Shown here one piece after another: positions 44,101-63,130 of a DNA stretch of 64,000 nucleotides. Source of the DNA: Amoebidium appalachense (Eukaryota > Protista > Ichthyosporea); contig CAVNZM010000001.1 in the NCBI GenBank assembly GCA_963693365.1, positions 5,224,907 through 5,288,906 on the forward strand, read 5' to 3'. The notes under the pieces are model-generated. The model was not told where the DNA came from, did not search any database, and saw nothing but the letters and a program-made list of their open reading frames with translations. Position numbers and translations under genes: made by a program. Positions within the stretch are counted from its first letter, which is position 1. Every line of letters begins with the position of its first letter.

Positions 44101-45317
44101 CAATAAGCGGCGATATCCGATTGGATGCCATTTGATTTCCCTCGCCGGCTATTGGCTGCTGCTCTCTAAATGGCTCCTGTGATAACCACCCAGACCACAA
44201 ACCCAGACATTGCAATCAACGCCATGTTTCTTCTGCTCGTTTTCCTCTTCTCTTTTGCTTAGGGTCCCTCACCCATTAACCGTTTTCGCACTCGATCTAT
44301 GCAACATCTCAGCTCCCAATATAGATAAACGGGTACTTTCTTTTTGTCGAAGGAAGAATATAATGTAAATCTTCACTCTATAAAATAAAAACAGCGCTTC
44401 TGGTCTAATTTATTAACAAAAACATGAAAGGCAAATGCTGTCTAGATCTCACGCATTAACCAAACACCTCGATCTTTACATCTATTGGTTGCATATCATA
44501 TGTTTACCATTGCCAGTTTGTGAATGAATGCTTTCACCTCCGCAGCACTCGGTCGGATGTGATGTCGACAGAAACTCTTTATTATCAGCTTCATCTAGAA
44601 AAAAAAATAGTTAATTCTTATGAAATTATTGCTTCAACCATATCAAAAAGTTTATGATGAAGTAGAACATTTTGAGGGCCTTTTCCATGTGCTCCCGTCG
44701 GGCACACATAAAATGTATACGAACGATTCAAGGAAATCTCGATGTCGACGTTGGGGAACCAATCGACTTCAGTAACCGCACTTACTTACGTCAGGACCGG
44801 ATCTGGCCAGAGCCAAAGAAATCACCAGATCTGGTGTTCGGTTAATGGTGTGTTCGGTTGCAAAGAGAATCAACCCTACTCATTCACATCCCAAGTGAAC
44901 TTTCCTAGAAACCTACAGAGGTTCTCTTGCTTTGCATGTCCCTCTTCTCTCAGCTCTCTAATTCGTTAATTCGTTAGTAGGAAAACACAGTGAAAGAGAT
45001 AACAATAAAAAAAACTCGGTGTTTGGGTATATCAGTAAGAAGGGTTGTTGGGTCATGAACATCGGAATAAAGTCGGAAGAAAAAGAAAACAAAGCTGTAA
45101 AGCAAGTGAGGGGGGGTTGAATGGGAGGGGTGTGTGTGTGTTTGGGGGGGGGGGGGGGGGGGGGGGGGGGAGGGGGGGGGGGTGGTTAGAATGCGGAACG
45201 AATAACAAGTACACGATGGGAAACACGGTGCAGGACACAGGCAGAACCAAACATTCATGTATGCAACACCATTAACGCACACAGTGTGCAAAATAAGCGG
45301 AGCCCATCCTCCGTGCG

Positions 45318-45352
<35 letters not shown>

Positions 45353-46783
45353 TGATAGCACACCTTCAAAGACTCCCTCCTCTCCTTTGATGCCTGCCTT
45401 GCCTTCTTACGTACTGCTTCCTCCAAGCTCAGTCGTCTCTGTAGATATGAAACCAGTTTAGTCAAAAATGTGATATTAGGGTGGGGGGATTGGGGTTGGG
45501 CATAACAGAAATAAACATGACCGGATTGTGTGGGTGGGGGGTGTAAAGGGTAGATCGTGGGGAGGAGGGAAGGGAGGAAAGGGCAGGAGGGAGAGAGGGG
45601 GGAGGAGGGGAAAGAAGAGGGGGGGTGGGGGGTGGGGGGGGGGGGGGGGCGGGGGAGACCCGACCAATGATAGAAAATCAGTTTTAGAGCCATTGTGTCC
45701 AGCTATGGCGTATCAGTCCCACCAGTCTGCCTCCCATTCACCTTGCAATAGCCAACCAACGTACAACCCATACACAGGTAGACAAAAAGCACCGCACACA
45801 GCCTGCCAATGTGCTTTCGTGTTTGGTTGCTGCATGTCCACATGGTGAAAGTGTAATCTGCACACATGTGCATCATCTACATGTGTGTGTGCGCCCACAT
45901 GCCTGCCCACATGTACATGCACCCGTGCATGCCTATTTGCCCGTGCCCGTGCATGCCTCAGTGTTCGTGCACGTGTATGGAGGCTCGTGAGGAGGGTATC
46001 ACATACCCTCAATATCTCTGCCTGGCGCACGTGGTCCCTATATAGGTGGTAGGCTGCCTCGGCAGACTGTGTGGGAGAAAATCAGGAGATATGCCCAGGT
46101 ATGATTAAAAAAACTATCTCCCAACATAATAACGCACCAACATAAACAAATCATGTCGACTGGTTGCACTGAAGAATACTATCCCCTCCCCCCTCTCCCC
46201 CCTCCTTCCCCCTACCCCTCTCCCCCCCTTGCTGTCCCCTGGGAAAGTGGAAAAAATATACTATTACAAAACGATGATACTAGCAAACTACCTCTTCCTT
46301 TCTCTCTTGGCGTAACCCTCCCCTCCCCCCCAACACCCTCCCTCCCCCCCCCCCCCCCCCCCCCCCCCTCTCTTCCGTCCACCTAACACAAGCCCGTGCG
46401 TGGGCCAACACACAAACACACACAAACATGCCTACACGCAGGCAGGCACAGACACATCTACACACATCCACAACCCCTCCTCAACAACCCCACCAGCCTC
46501 ACTCAAATCACTCCGCTCTCACTTGGTCTCTTAGTCCGACAGTGTTTATCAAACAACGGCGGGAAAATCTGCAAAGGAAATCTCTATGCGGCAGAAACGG
46601 GTTTCCCCCACTCTTCTCCCGTTATAAACATTCTTCCTCGTCTTCATACTCTTCTTCTTCTTCTTCTTCTTCTTCTTCTTTCTTTTTTTTTTTTTTTTTT
46701 TTTTCATGTTTGTATCTTTCTTTCTTTTTAGGCGGGGTAGGGGATGGGGTGGGTCGGTGGGTCGGTGGGTGGGTGTCCCCAGG

Positions 46784-46815
<32 letters not shown>

Positions 46816-47176
46816 AGGGGGGGAGGGAAGAACCTACCCCTGCAAATTGTAGATTACCCAACAATGATTCGTAGATATCTGTCGAACACACACCAATCAG
46901 CACTTTGAATCTAGCTGGTCACGTGACAAAACAGCCAATCGGCATCAAGCGCTATGAACTGAGCACAGGCCAAACCCATAACAGCACTGGCTCATAGTGT
47001 GAATGCCACGTGCAACAAAAAAAAAAAAGGTTGTTGGTAACAGATGTGCATCTTTGTTACTATATTCTTCTCCGATTATGTCTGAGCTGGGTCAGAAGAA
47101 GGGGAGGGAAAATCTAAATGAGGGGAACAAATCCCGGATTTTTTATGTTTATTTTCTTTCCCTTTTTTTTTTTTTT

Positions 47177-47223
<47 letters not shown>

Positions 47224-47364
47224 ATATGAATACAGAACCATACAGGCTGAAGCGAAACCACGAGTGACAGTTACGCAAACAACCTCAACTCTGCTTGTCG
47301 TTTTGTGCATGTGCGCGCCCGTGCGTCCCTGTGTGCATATGTCCGCGCATGTGTGCGGGCAAGT

Positions 47365-47422
<58 letters not shown>

Positions 47423-47449
47423 CACACACTCTCTCTCTGTGTATGTGTG

Positions 47450-47545
<96 letters not shown>

Positions 47546-48909
47546 CGTGTTGTGGATGTGTGTGTGTGTGTGTATGGGTGCATGCGTGGGAATGTTGGTG
47601 CGTGGGTGCATGGTTGTGTGCGCGTGCCCGCACGGTGGGGGCTGTTTGACAATTCTCTGCCATACTGCTCGCTTCCTTCATTATGTTCTTAGTTCGACAA
47701 CTTCTAATGCGCATGTGTATAGACGGGCTAGGGGGGGGGGGGGGGGGGGGAGACAAAGGCATGCACACAACCTGCGGCCTTTTTGTGCAGCTGGCTGGCC
47801 TTCTCCAAGTCTCCCCTCGCAATGGCTTCGTCAGCCCACCGTCCCATGGCCAAGGCCTAGCAAGTTAAATGTAAATTCAGTATTTATATAGGGGTGAGGC
47901 AAAAAAATAACGGATATCACTGTGCAATAAGTAAGGAATATTGGAAAACAATGCACATGAAATTATTATGAATGGGGCTCAAAGAAGCGGGAGGAAAAAG
48001 AAAGAAAAACAAAACAGACAGGGGAGTGGAAACAGCTAAAAGAAAAGAAGAGAGCCCGTAAGGGGGAAAACGGGAAGAGGGGAAGAGAGAGCACTATGCA
48101 GGTAAAAGGGGAAAGAAGAAAAAGCCTGAAGCCAAGTGAGAATAATTCAGGTGTCTGCTGAAATGGGGTCGGGGGAAATGTGTGTTACGGAAGGGGGAGG
48201 GGGACGGTGAGGAAGGCCAGTCGGAGAGAGGGGGGGGGGGGGGGGGGGGGGGAGGGGGTAGCAAACCAACTTTTTTAGGACATTAAAACAAATACCTACG
48301 TGCTTCCCACCTAAACCCACACGGCTACACAGGTACATCGGTGAGCAAAGCATGTGCGCGTGGATGTAAGCCACGTAAGAAAGCGTGCACAGGTGTGAAA
48401 TAAGAAAAAAGACGAAATGAAATAGGGAGAAGGTTAGTGGGTGAAGTGGGCCAGTGGCGGAAGGATGCAGAGGAGGGAGGAGAGTGAAGTGTGTGGGAAA
48501 CAACAAAATACCTGTGACACAACGGGAAACTGAAACACCATGGACCGAGAGCCAACACCAACCCTGCTTCCCCAAACAAGAAGCCCCCTATATAACAAAG
48601 GTAGAATCAACATACAGAACCACCATGGTCTGTGAATACCGGCACACACACAACCGTCCATCCTCAACCTTCAACTCCTCGCTCTCTCCCACCACCCCTT
48701 CCCCCCCAACCCCCTCTCAAACCACCCCAACCCACCCACCACACGCATACAGAAACACACACATACACACAGCGGGAGAGCGAGAGAACATAAGAGAGAC
48801 AGGTGTGTCTCTCCCGCGCACACACACAAGTACACACCCAAACACTTACGCGCACATGCACACGCACACGCACGCATATATCCACCTGGTTCAGCGGCGT
48901 GCGCTCCAT
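34609..48909 (-). CDS. NRBF2: NRBF2/Atg38 homolog (MIT domain plus coiled coil; autophagy PI3K complex I subunit), ~784 aa, 19 exons
   Basis: In-phase GT-AG exons 48909-48886, 47856-47772, 46878-46838, 46066-46007, 45438-45364, 44176-44058, 43486-43428, 42738-42639, 42256-42185, 41786-41708, 40983-40870, 40221-40117, 39476-39399, 38863-38759, 38141-37960, 37266-37170, 36729-36276, 35648-35472 and 34937-34609. The N-terminus MERTPLNQALAMGRWADEAIARGDLEKASQLHKKAADIY...RDHVRQAEIL resembles the NRBF2 MIT domain (PLNxA...RxAD...G...HKKAA). Coiled coil: LARENERLQGEL...KRWEALRAEAKKKR. Confidence 0.78.
38647..38750. repeat. ~53-bp imperfect tandem duplication in an NRBF2 intron
   Basis: caccaatcaaacacctcac...cttcctttt..agcaggtgtgccccc occurs twice. 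Confidence 0.75.
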
Positions 48910-49339
48910 TGCCGCCCAGCTTTTTTGGCACACTCGCCCCACATGTTTTCAATCCTGGTTAGCAGAAATGACAACTGGGTATCAATGTGGGCAATGAATG
49001 CCCTGAAACCCTCCCCCAACTAAAACTCAAACAATGACGTCGCCAGCGGAAAGCAGGTTGACAAGCGCCCTAACTTTCTAATCCATTTTAATTTCCTAGG
49101 CACTGCATTAACTCTGTGTGCTTCTGATTCTACCTTGCAAGGGCGCTTTCAACTTGCAGTACCTGTGTATTGTCAAGGCACTGATAAAGAAGACTAATAT
49201 GTACTTTTGTCTTGCATCATCTCTCGTGTGTCGTGCATGTGTCAACTCTCATGTATCGTGTAGCTGTCCACATGTGCTTATGATCATCAAAGTGTCTATT
49301 CCAGCGACCTTCCGAAGTAAACCACCCCTTTTCTTCTTC

Positions 49340-49620
49340 TCCACCGTCGCGGCAGCTCGCTTGTAAAGCAGGGTGACGTCAGCGGCTCACCCAACATACC
49401 AATGCTCTAGTCTGAAATGTATACGCAGTGCGGATACTTTAACCATTTCTACCTAGCGAAAAAAAAAGAACTAAAGAAAAACTACGTCATAGTTCTAGAC
49501 TACTAGCCAGCAGCATGGTGCAGTTTTAACCAATCATAGCCAGGAAGTGGTGCCATTTAAGCTAATCAGACGCATCCACCAGTGGGCCACCAGTTCAAGT
49601 GTTTTCACGTGTGGAGTACA
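49340..49620. promoter_or_regulatory. Candidate bidirectional promoter between NRBF2 and the SET gene
   Basis: Non-repetitive interval between divergent genes, containing a perfect CRE palindrome TGACGTCA (49374-49381), CCAAT (49530-49534) and a CACGTG E-box (~49607). These short motifs could occur by chance. Confidence 0.3.
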
Positions 49621-49936
49621 CCCTGCAAAGTTTGTGCGCGGGAGGGTGTGTGTGCGTGTGGGCGATGTTATGTGCAATTATTGAACAGCAATAGCTGTGG
49701 TCTCAACACAAACACACACCAAATGTGAATATTCTAGGTAGATTTTGTGATTAGGAACGTGGTTCTTATTCTGCTTCCCTGTTGGTGTGAAGCTTATTGT
49801 GCAGCAAGCTGGCTGAAAAGTCTTTCTGGCACACAGCGTACGGAACTGACACACACACACACACACACAAACTCTCTCTCTCTCTCTTTCTCTGTCTCTC
49901 TCTCTCTCTCTCTCTCTCCCCCTCCCTCCCTCTCTC

Positions 49937-49984
<48 letters not shown>

Positions 49985-50005
49985 CCTCCCTCCCTCCCCT
50001 CCCCC

Positions 50006-50062
<57 letters not shown>

Positions 50063-50207
50063 CACCCCCCTGTTTCTTTTTGTTTCTCTCCCTCTCTTCA
50101 ACCTTTTTATATTTCTTTGGTTCTCTCCAATCACACGAATTTTATACATGCAGCTTGAGACGTACCCGCTATGCTTCTAATACCACAACAAGGTGTCGCC
50201 CACCACC

Positions 50208-52161
50208 ATGTCTGCTCCCACACCCACGTTCCGTCAACACCAACCGCAAACAGACACACAAACAGCCATACCCCCAGCGCCGGTTCTCATCGTTTCAACC
50301 AACGAAGACCATGACTCGACAACAACAGAACATGAAACTCTTCACTCTCCTGGGGCGAACAAGCGCCAGCGCTCCGAGAGCCCCTCCCCACACGCAAAAC
50401 CACGCAAGTGGAAGGCACCTACGGCCGTTGTAAAACACCAGGGGTCCATCAAGCAAACGCAGCAACATACTGCCATGGGAACCGAGGAGAAGCGTCTACG
50501 ACGGGCGTTCTGGTCCGAGTTTATTCCTCATGTTATGGGTCGAAACATTCATTTCAACCCGTTTCCCCACCTTGCCTGGGCGCATGTTGATCTTTTTTTT
50601 TTCGCTCTATGCTGTTGTGGAGCAGCTTGGTGGTCCAGAAAATTTGCTTCGTCAACAAAGAATCGCCGTCTTGAAAGACGAGTTGGGGCGTGAGTTTGGC
50701 TGGACGACCGGGTGGGAGACGGTTTACAAGCGCCTAGGCTTCAGGGCACACATCGACAGCGAACCTTCGAGGCGGCTTCGACTTTTTCAAATCTACGATC
50801 GGTTCTTTTCCAAGTTCGTTTTCACTCCACCAACGCCGCCACCAAAAAACAGCGCCAACGGTAACGGAGAAGAAAACGGAGAAGCAGTCACGGACGGGTC
50901 ACCTTTGCCACTTAGCTACGTGAGGTGTGCTTGTGGGCACAGTCACGAACTTCCATGCTCGGATGGGATTACATGTAAAACATGCGCGACTTTTCCAGAA
51001 ACGGTGCCGTGTTCGCTGTGTGGAGCGGTTCAACACATAGCGTGTTTGGTGAATTTCGGGCTTCTGGCACCGGATAAGGCCGAGCAGTGGGAGGGGACAC
51101 TTCGAGACCAGCACATCTGTGAGATATGTGCCCAGCACACAGCAAAACCAAGCGTGCGTCTTTCTTTCCAGCAGCTATTCCAGGAAACGTTGTTGAGATG
51201 GGAGCTACCCCAGACATGGGTTGTGGAGTGTTGGTACGAGGATTTCGGTTCGATGGCAGTCAAGCTGGAGTATTACATACTGAGGGGGATAGATGTTTAC
51301 GAAGGCAGAAAGAGCACGGAGGCGATATGCACGGAGAGACACTTGAAGGCGGTGTTGGCTGGGCAGGAACGAGAGCCAAGCACGTACCATCCAGAAAAGA
51401 CAGGCCAGCGCAAAGGGAAGGCAAATAACGGCAAGAGCCACAAGAAGAAAACACGCGATCGAAGCCGCTCACCTTCACCTATTCGGGGTAAGGAGACCAA
51501 TGGGACACCGGCGCAAACAGTGCGTTTGTCGAGTCATGACCAGGGGCCGTATCTCACCGTCCCAGCAGCAGAAACCGTCGACCCACCCACGGAAACGACG
51601 ACGTTGTCGGCATTCACGCAGGTCAACTGTGATGGTGTGGGGGTGACTATTCCCCCACGCCCACACACACCCATGAGTCGCAGCAACTCGCACACGGCAA
51701 CAAACGCACCCACCTCGACGCCTGCTCCCCCCGTAGCACTCGTCCAGTGCTTGCCCGATGTCTCGTTGGGGAAGGAGATGGTGAACATTCCCGCGTTTGC
51801 ACCAACGCGTGAAGAGCACCCCTTGACAGGTGTCCAGGAATACGTTTTGGATTACGTCTACGGTGAGGGGGTGAGTCCTCCCCCACCGGGTCCCCCGGGG
51901 TGTGAGTGCCGTGGGAGATGCGATTCAATCGAGTGTTCATGTGTTGCGCAAAACCCAGGGAGGGGTTCAGCGTATGACGAGAGGGGCCGTCTTGTGCGGT
52001 TTGACCAGCCGGTGGTGTTTGAGTGTTCGGGCACGTGCAAGTGCAGTGCTGCCTGTGGCAACAGGGTCGTGCAGGCAGGACTGAGGCACCGCCTGGAGGT
52101 CTTTAGGGTGCGTGCGTGCAATATACATGCAACCTCACTCTTTCACTCACACACACACACA

Positions 52162-52228
<67 letters not shown>

Positions 52229-53322
52229 CGATCCCCCGCCCCCGCCCTCCCCCCTCCCCCCTTCAACCTCTGGATGTGGAGTTGACATATCAACCCCCCT
52301 GTCCAGCCCCCCCCTTTCCCCCACCCCCGCCCCCTGCAAGCCTTTATGTGCTGTTAGCATACATCCGCCTTCCCGTCTCCCCCCCTCCCCCCCCCCCCCC
52401 TCCCCCCCCCCCCCCCCCCCCCCCCCCCCCGCCCCCCCGGGCACCTTTTCAGATTTTAGGTCTTAACCCATATACGGCAATCAAAAGCTCTCCTCGTCTC
52501 TCCCCCCTCCCCTTCTCCCCTCCTCCCCGATCCAGTTTCGAGTCAACCCAATTCCTGGAATTTGTAACCTATTTATGCTCGTGGGCTGGCTCCTCTCGCT
52601 CCCCCCCTGCCCCCCTCCCCCCCTCCCCCTCCCCCCTCCCCTCCCCCCCTTCCTGCCCTAGCAAGACCCATGTGTTGCAATCTACCTGCTCGTGTGCTCC
52701 TCTGCATCCACACACCCATGGGGCGACCCTTTTGTTGGCTGCACTGGTTTTGACACACACATCCCCTTTGCCGCCTTTTCCATCTTGTTGCCCCACTCTG
52801 GCTTTACGGTTAAATTGTTCTACTGCTCCCCATCGACCTATTCAGTCCCCCCCCCCCCCCCCCCCCCCCCATCTCCGCTCCCGGCACACACATACACACA
52901 GACATACAGACAGGCCCAGAGACATACAGACACACACACACTCACACACTACCATGGCTTAGGCTGCCCTCACATACCCCCCTTCTTGTTTGCTGGGTCT
53001 CTGCAGTCAACCACACATTCACATGGATGCATGCACGCACACATGAACACACAGCCACAAACAGACACATACCACGTCAATATCTATGTTATCAATTGGT
53101 AGAGCAAAGGATTGAGGTTCTGAAGCACCCAGGTCGTCGTTCTCCCCATCTAACGACACGTCTTTCCCACCGCCATCCTTAACATCCCACCCCCCTCCCC
53201 TTTTCTCTCCGCAACCACCCAACCATCCACTCACTCGCCTTTCCCCCCCCTTCCCCTCCCTCCCCCCCTCCAACACACACACGCACACCACATACACGCA
53301 CAAACACACGTAACCCCCCCCC

Positions 53323-53353
<31 letters not shown>

Positions 53354-54753
53354 ACACATACACACAGACGGGTGACAAGGGCTGGGGTGTGCGCACCTCA
53401 GAGTTCCTAGCGCGTGGATCGTTTGTGTGCTCATACGAGGGTGAGCTAGTGACGGAGGAGACGGCACACAGGCGGGGCTTTGCCTACGACCACACGTACG
53501 AGGTGTCCTATCTGATGGACCTTAACTCCCTGGCCCCACCACACGAGCAGGTGGGCATTTACTCTTCCCCTCCCTCCCTCCCCTCCCTCCCCTCCCCCCC
53601 TCCCACCCACCCATCCACCTTCTTCCCTCCCCCCTCTCCCCTCCCTAACCCCAACCACCGGCACAGATACCTGCGCACATAGAACGCGGACATACACACA
53701 AATGTGCGTGTGTGCCCCCCTCCCCCTCCCCCCCCCCTCCCCCTCTCCCCGCCCCCGCACACACACACACATTCACATACACACACATAGAAGCTAGCAC
53801 ACCACCACTATTGTTTTTGGTCGCCTTTCTATGTTCACTCGGGAGTTTATATTTCCATGCCCTGCATTGCTCACGAGTGCACTGAATTTGGGCACTCCTA
53901 TGCGTTTGTGTCCTCTTGTGCATCGTGCTTTCCTTGGGAGCATTTGGGCTTTGACGCCTTACCCTCACACCTCTTCCTCTATCCTCTCCGTACACCTGCC
54001 CAACGCCAACCCCCTCTGCCCCCCCCCCCCCCCTCCTCCTCTCCCCCTTCCCCCCTCCGGGGACCACCCCCTCCCCCCCCCCCTCCCCTCCGGAACTGGT
54101 TTTAGAATGCTTAAATCTGTCCTGCCATCAACACGCAGGCATCAGTGCACAATGTGCGTGCACACACACACATGCTCTCAAGCACACTTGCACATGCTTG
54201 CGCACCCAACGTGCGTGTATGCGGGTGCGCACACGCGCAGACACACACACACATGCGGTATGTGCACCCTCATGTTTGTATGCACAGCCACACCCAAACC
54301 ACCGACCAACACCCCTCTAACCCCTCTCTCCCCCCCTCCCCCCTGCTTATGCTTATTATGCATACTCTTTATGTACGGCTTGCATTCTGCATCGTGTTAT
54401 CCGTTTGTTCTTGTGTACTTCATACTTTTTGACGCATTCAAACCCCCCTCCCCCTCCTCCCCCCCCCCCCCCCCCCAATACCACCACAGGACCGGTGCCT
54501 GACCATCGACAGTACCCTTCTTGGTAACGTGGCCCGGTTCATCAACCACGGCTGCACACCGAACCTTCACAAGCAGAACGTTTACACAATACACCGCAAC
54601 CCCTTCTACTACAAGTTGGCGCTGTTTGCTGCCCGGGATATACAGGCGGGAGAGGAGCTATGCTATGATTATGGATACCAGGTGGGCAGTGTGAGGGGGA
54701 AATATATCACGTGCAAGTGCGGCACTGAGAATTGCAGGGGACGGCTGCTGTGA
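50208..54753 (+). CDS. SUV39-family (SETDB1-like) histone-lysine N-methyltransferase with N-terminal ARID and PHD domains, ~781 aa, 3 exons; one +1 frameshift as assembled
   Basis: Exons 50208-52107, 53368-53550 and 54490-54753. ARID-like: AFWSEFIPHVMGRNIHFNPFPHLAWAHVDLF(F)SLYAVVEQLGG...WETVYKRLG...LFQIYDRFF, with the frame break in T10 at 50593-50602. PHD-like C4HC3: CKTC...CSLCGAVQHIAC...ICEIC. Pre-SET: DVSLGKE...GCECRGRC...CSC...FECSGTCKCSAACGNRVVQ. SET: KGWGVR, GSFVCSYEGEL, GNVARFINHGCTPNL, GEELCYDY. Post-SET: CKCGTENCRGRLL*. The start codon is uncertain. Confidence 0.9.
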
Positions 54754-55819
54754 GATGGTCATATTTTCAGCTGGGAGGTTGTTTTTGTGTTTGTGATAGG
54801 TGGGGTTTAGGGTAATCGCTTGATTCGGTCGTTTGGATAGGTCCGTAAGGCTACTTTTCCAGCTGTGGTGTTAGACATATCCTTGCGTGAGTGGATATTC
54901 TACTGTAAATCTAATCCAGCGGCATCAGTCGTGATTGCCAATAGGATGGGCCGTATGCAGGTCAACTGGACTAAGGCTGATTTCACAGTTCGAGCAGCTT
55001 CTATTTATTGTGCATCACTCTGCGTGTGTAGTAATTGGTTTGTAGATGTCTTAGGTGTTTATTTTGTTGTGTTTTTTTTTTTGTAAACGTGATGGGTGTT
55101 TGGGTAGCCCAGGCATATAAACCGTGGGTTGTAGGTGGGGGTTAGGTTTCTAATTTGCTCCTTTTGGGAGCTGATGTAGCGCGTTGTGGCTGTATGATTG
55201 GAGCCACATAAAAGTAGAGCCCCTTAGTGCATGAGCACACAGAGAACAGCGTGGAGGTACACAAACACACATGCGCATGCACGCACACCCACACGTGTGC
55301 GCACAAGATACACACACACACACACCACACATGCTACAGTTTTTTTTACCCCAACTCCTAATTGTTGACGGCAAGTGCAGCTGTCGTGCACAACAATAAC
55401 AAAGATTTTTCTTGTATATACCCAATGTTTTGGGTATACTTCTGCTTCTGCGGGCCGGACTCGAATTTCAGGCTTTGTCTTTTGATATAATAAAAGAGCT
55501 GGATGCTATTCGCAATCTAACCATATATATACTAGGGAAAATGGGTGTTGTGTGTCACGAAGCCTTGTGATCCCCCCCCCCCCCCCCCCCCCCCCCCGTA
55601 CGCATGTGTTTGTTTGGGTGGCATAGGTCAGTCCATGGGATGATGGGAGGCCCTTCCCGGCGGCGGGGGGGGGGGGGGGGGGGGGAAGGGGGGAGAAGGA
55701 CGAGGAGGAGACAAAGAAAAAAGAAGGAAATGCTGAGAAAATAGACTCCATAGGGTGATCATCGGATAACGCCGGGACGGGTCCGGGAATCGGTTAATCT
55801 GAAATTCATCGCGATGGGC

Positions 55820-55975
55820 TGATTGGGCCCGCAAATTCTTTTTCAAATTTTGAGCCGTTTGATTGGGCCCGCAAATCCTTTCTTAGTAATTTTAAGCCGT
55901 TTGATTGGGGTCGCAAATCCCTTTTAAAAATATGAACCGTTTCATTGGAACCGCAAATCCCTTTTTGAATTTTTG
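55820..55975. repeat. 40-42-bp tandem repeat, 4 diverging copies
   Basis: gattgggcccgcaaat...ccgttt units start at 55821, 55861, 55903 and 55943. Confidence 0.85.
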
Positions 55976-56128
55976 GGGTATCACTAGTTCGCCAGATGTG
56001 AGAGGAACAACTTGCGCTTGATATGTTTGCTAATAATGCTCGCGCTAGTTAAGGCCTACATCGAATAACATGCATTACGTTAACCGCCCCCGTACATGTG
56101 TGGGTGGGTGGGTTTTGGGGGTGGTGGT

Positions 56129-56162
<34 letters not shown>

Positions 56163-57232
56163 ATTTCGAGTTTACAAGCCACCCATTCAGAAAAACTGTG
56201 GAAGGCCGCTAGTGTTTTTGTGACTTTACACGTGTACATGTACAAAGGTGGAGGGCATGACTGTGCAATAGTTGATGATGGTGCTTGCTTTTTTTTTGGA
56301 CTGTGTGATGAATTGGCCTGATACTTTCAGGCCGTGTGTCCTGCTAAGGCTACGCGCCAGGGTGAAAAGTTTTGAGTACATGCATGTATTATTTACTGAA
56401 ACACTTGCAAATGAGTCTGTGCAGAACAAGACGTTCGTATTTGAGCATGAGGGAAGCTTTGTTTATCGAAGGGCCAGAGGGGGCGCAGATGCTAGACGGG
56501 TGGCGAACATGGCATGGTAAACATAGCACCCCCACAGCAGTTTTGTTGCACACATTTGGAATTTGTTCATACAATCAGTCAGGAAGTAAAAGAAATGACT
56601 CTACCTTTCAATTGAACAAGTAGCCACTAGTGTTACTGGCTAGACATATATCCTAAGCTGGATTTTTATAACCTTAACACGTAAGAAATAAATACTGTAG
56701 CGATATCTAGAGCAAAACCAAACCGAATCGACAATATATGTCGTAGCGGCCGCACAGAGAAGAGGGATGTGCTTTGCTTAGCATGTTGGCCAAAATTGAC
56801 TCCGCAACAGAGCAACCGTAGAATAGAATACCAATCAACAATCAAACTACATTAGAAAAAAGGTTGATTTTAGTATACGAGAGATAACCTTGAGATATAA
56901 CTGAAGAGTAATAACTAAGCTGATGTATTATCAGACCAGTACTAATATTTCAGGATACATTTCGGTATATATTCAATATATTGATCATTTCTACCTTTCC
57001 CACCCACAAAGACATACCCACGCCACATAGAGTGGGGAACATATTGCAGAGACAGACCAAAATGTGGGAAAGAACATAAATAGCATATCTAACTCTATAT
57101 AACAGTGCCATGAGATACACACCCAAAACCCTCAGGAGATCACCCTAACAGTACATAGTTAACGATATTCACTATTCAAAACCCCGTATTTTCCCTGATT
57201 AGTTGATTACTTTCCACCCACCGTACCAATGC

Positions 57233-63130
<5,898 letters not shown>

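Noticed and set aside
44787-44915. Possible extra NRBF2 exon with a strong gtaagt donor
   Set aside because: The flanking exons already join in phase, and I found no acceptor giving a stop-free exon in the required phase.
52108-52962. C-terminal ~285 aa of the 810-aa ORF in the track
   Set aside because: This is read-through into a low-complexity intron; the SET domain resumes in frame at 53368.
55820-55975. CRISPR-like array
   Set aside because: The context is eukaryotic, the spacers are similar to one another, and there are no cas genes.
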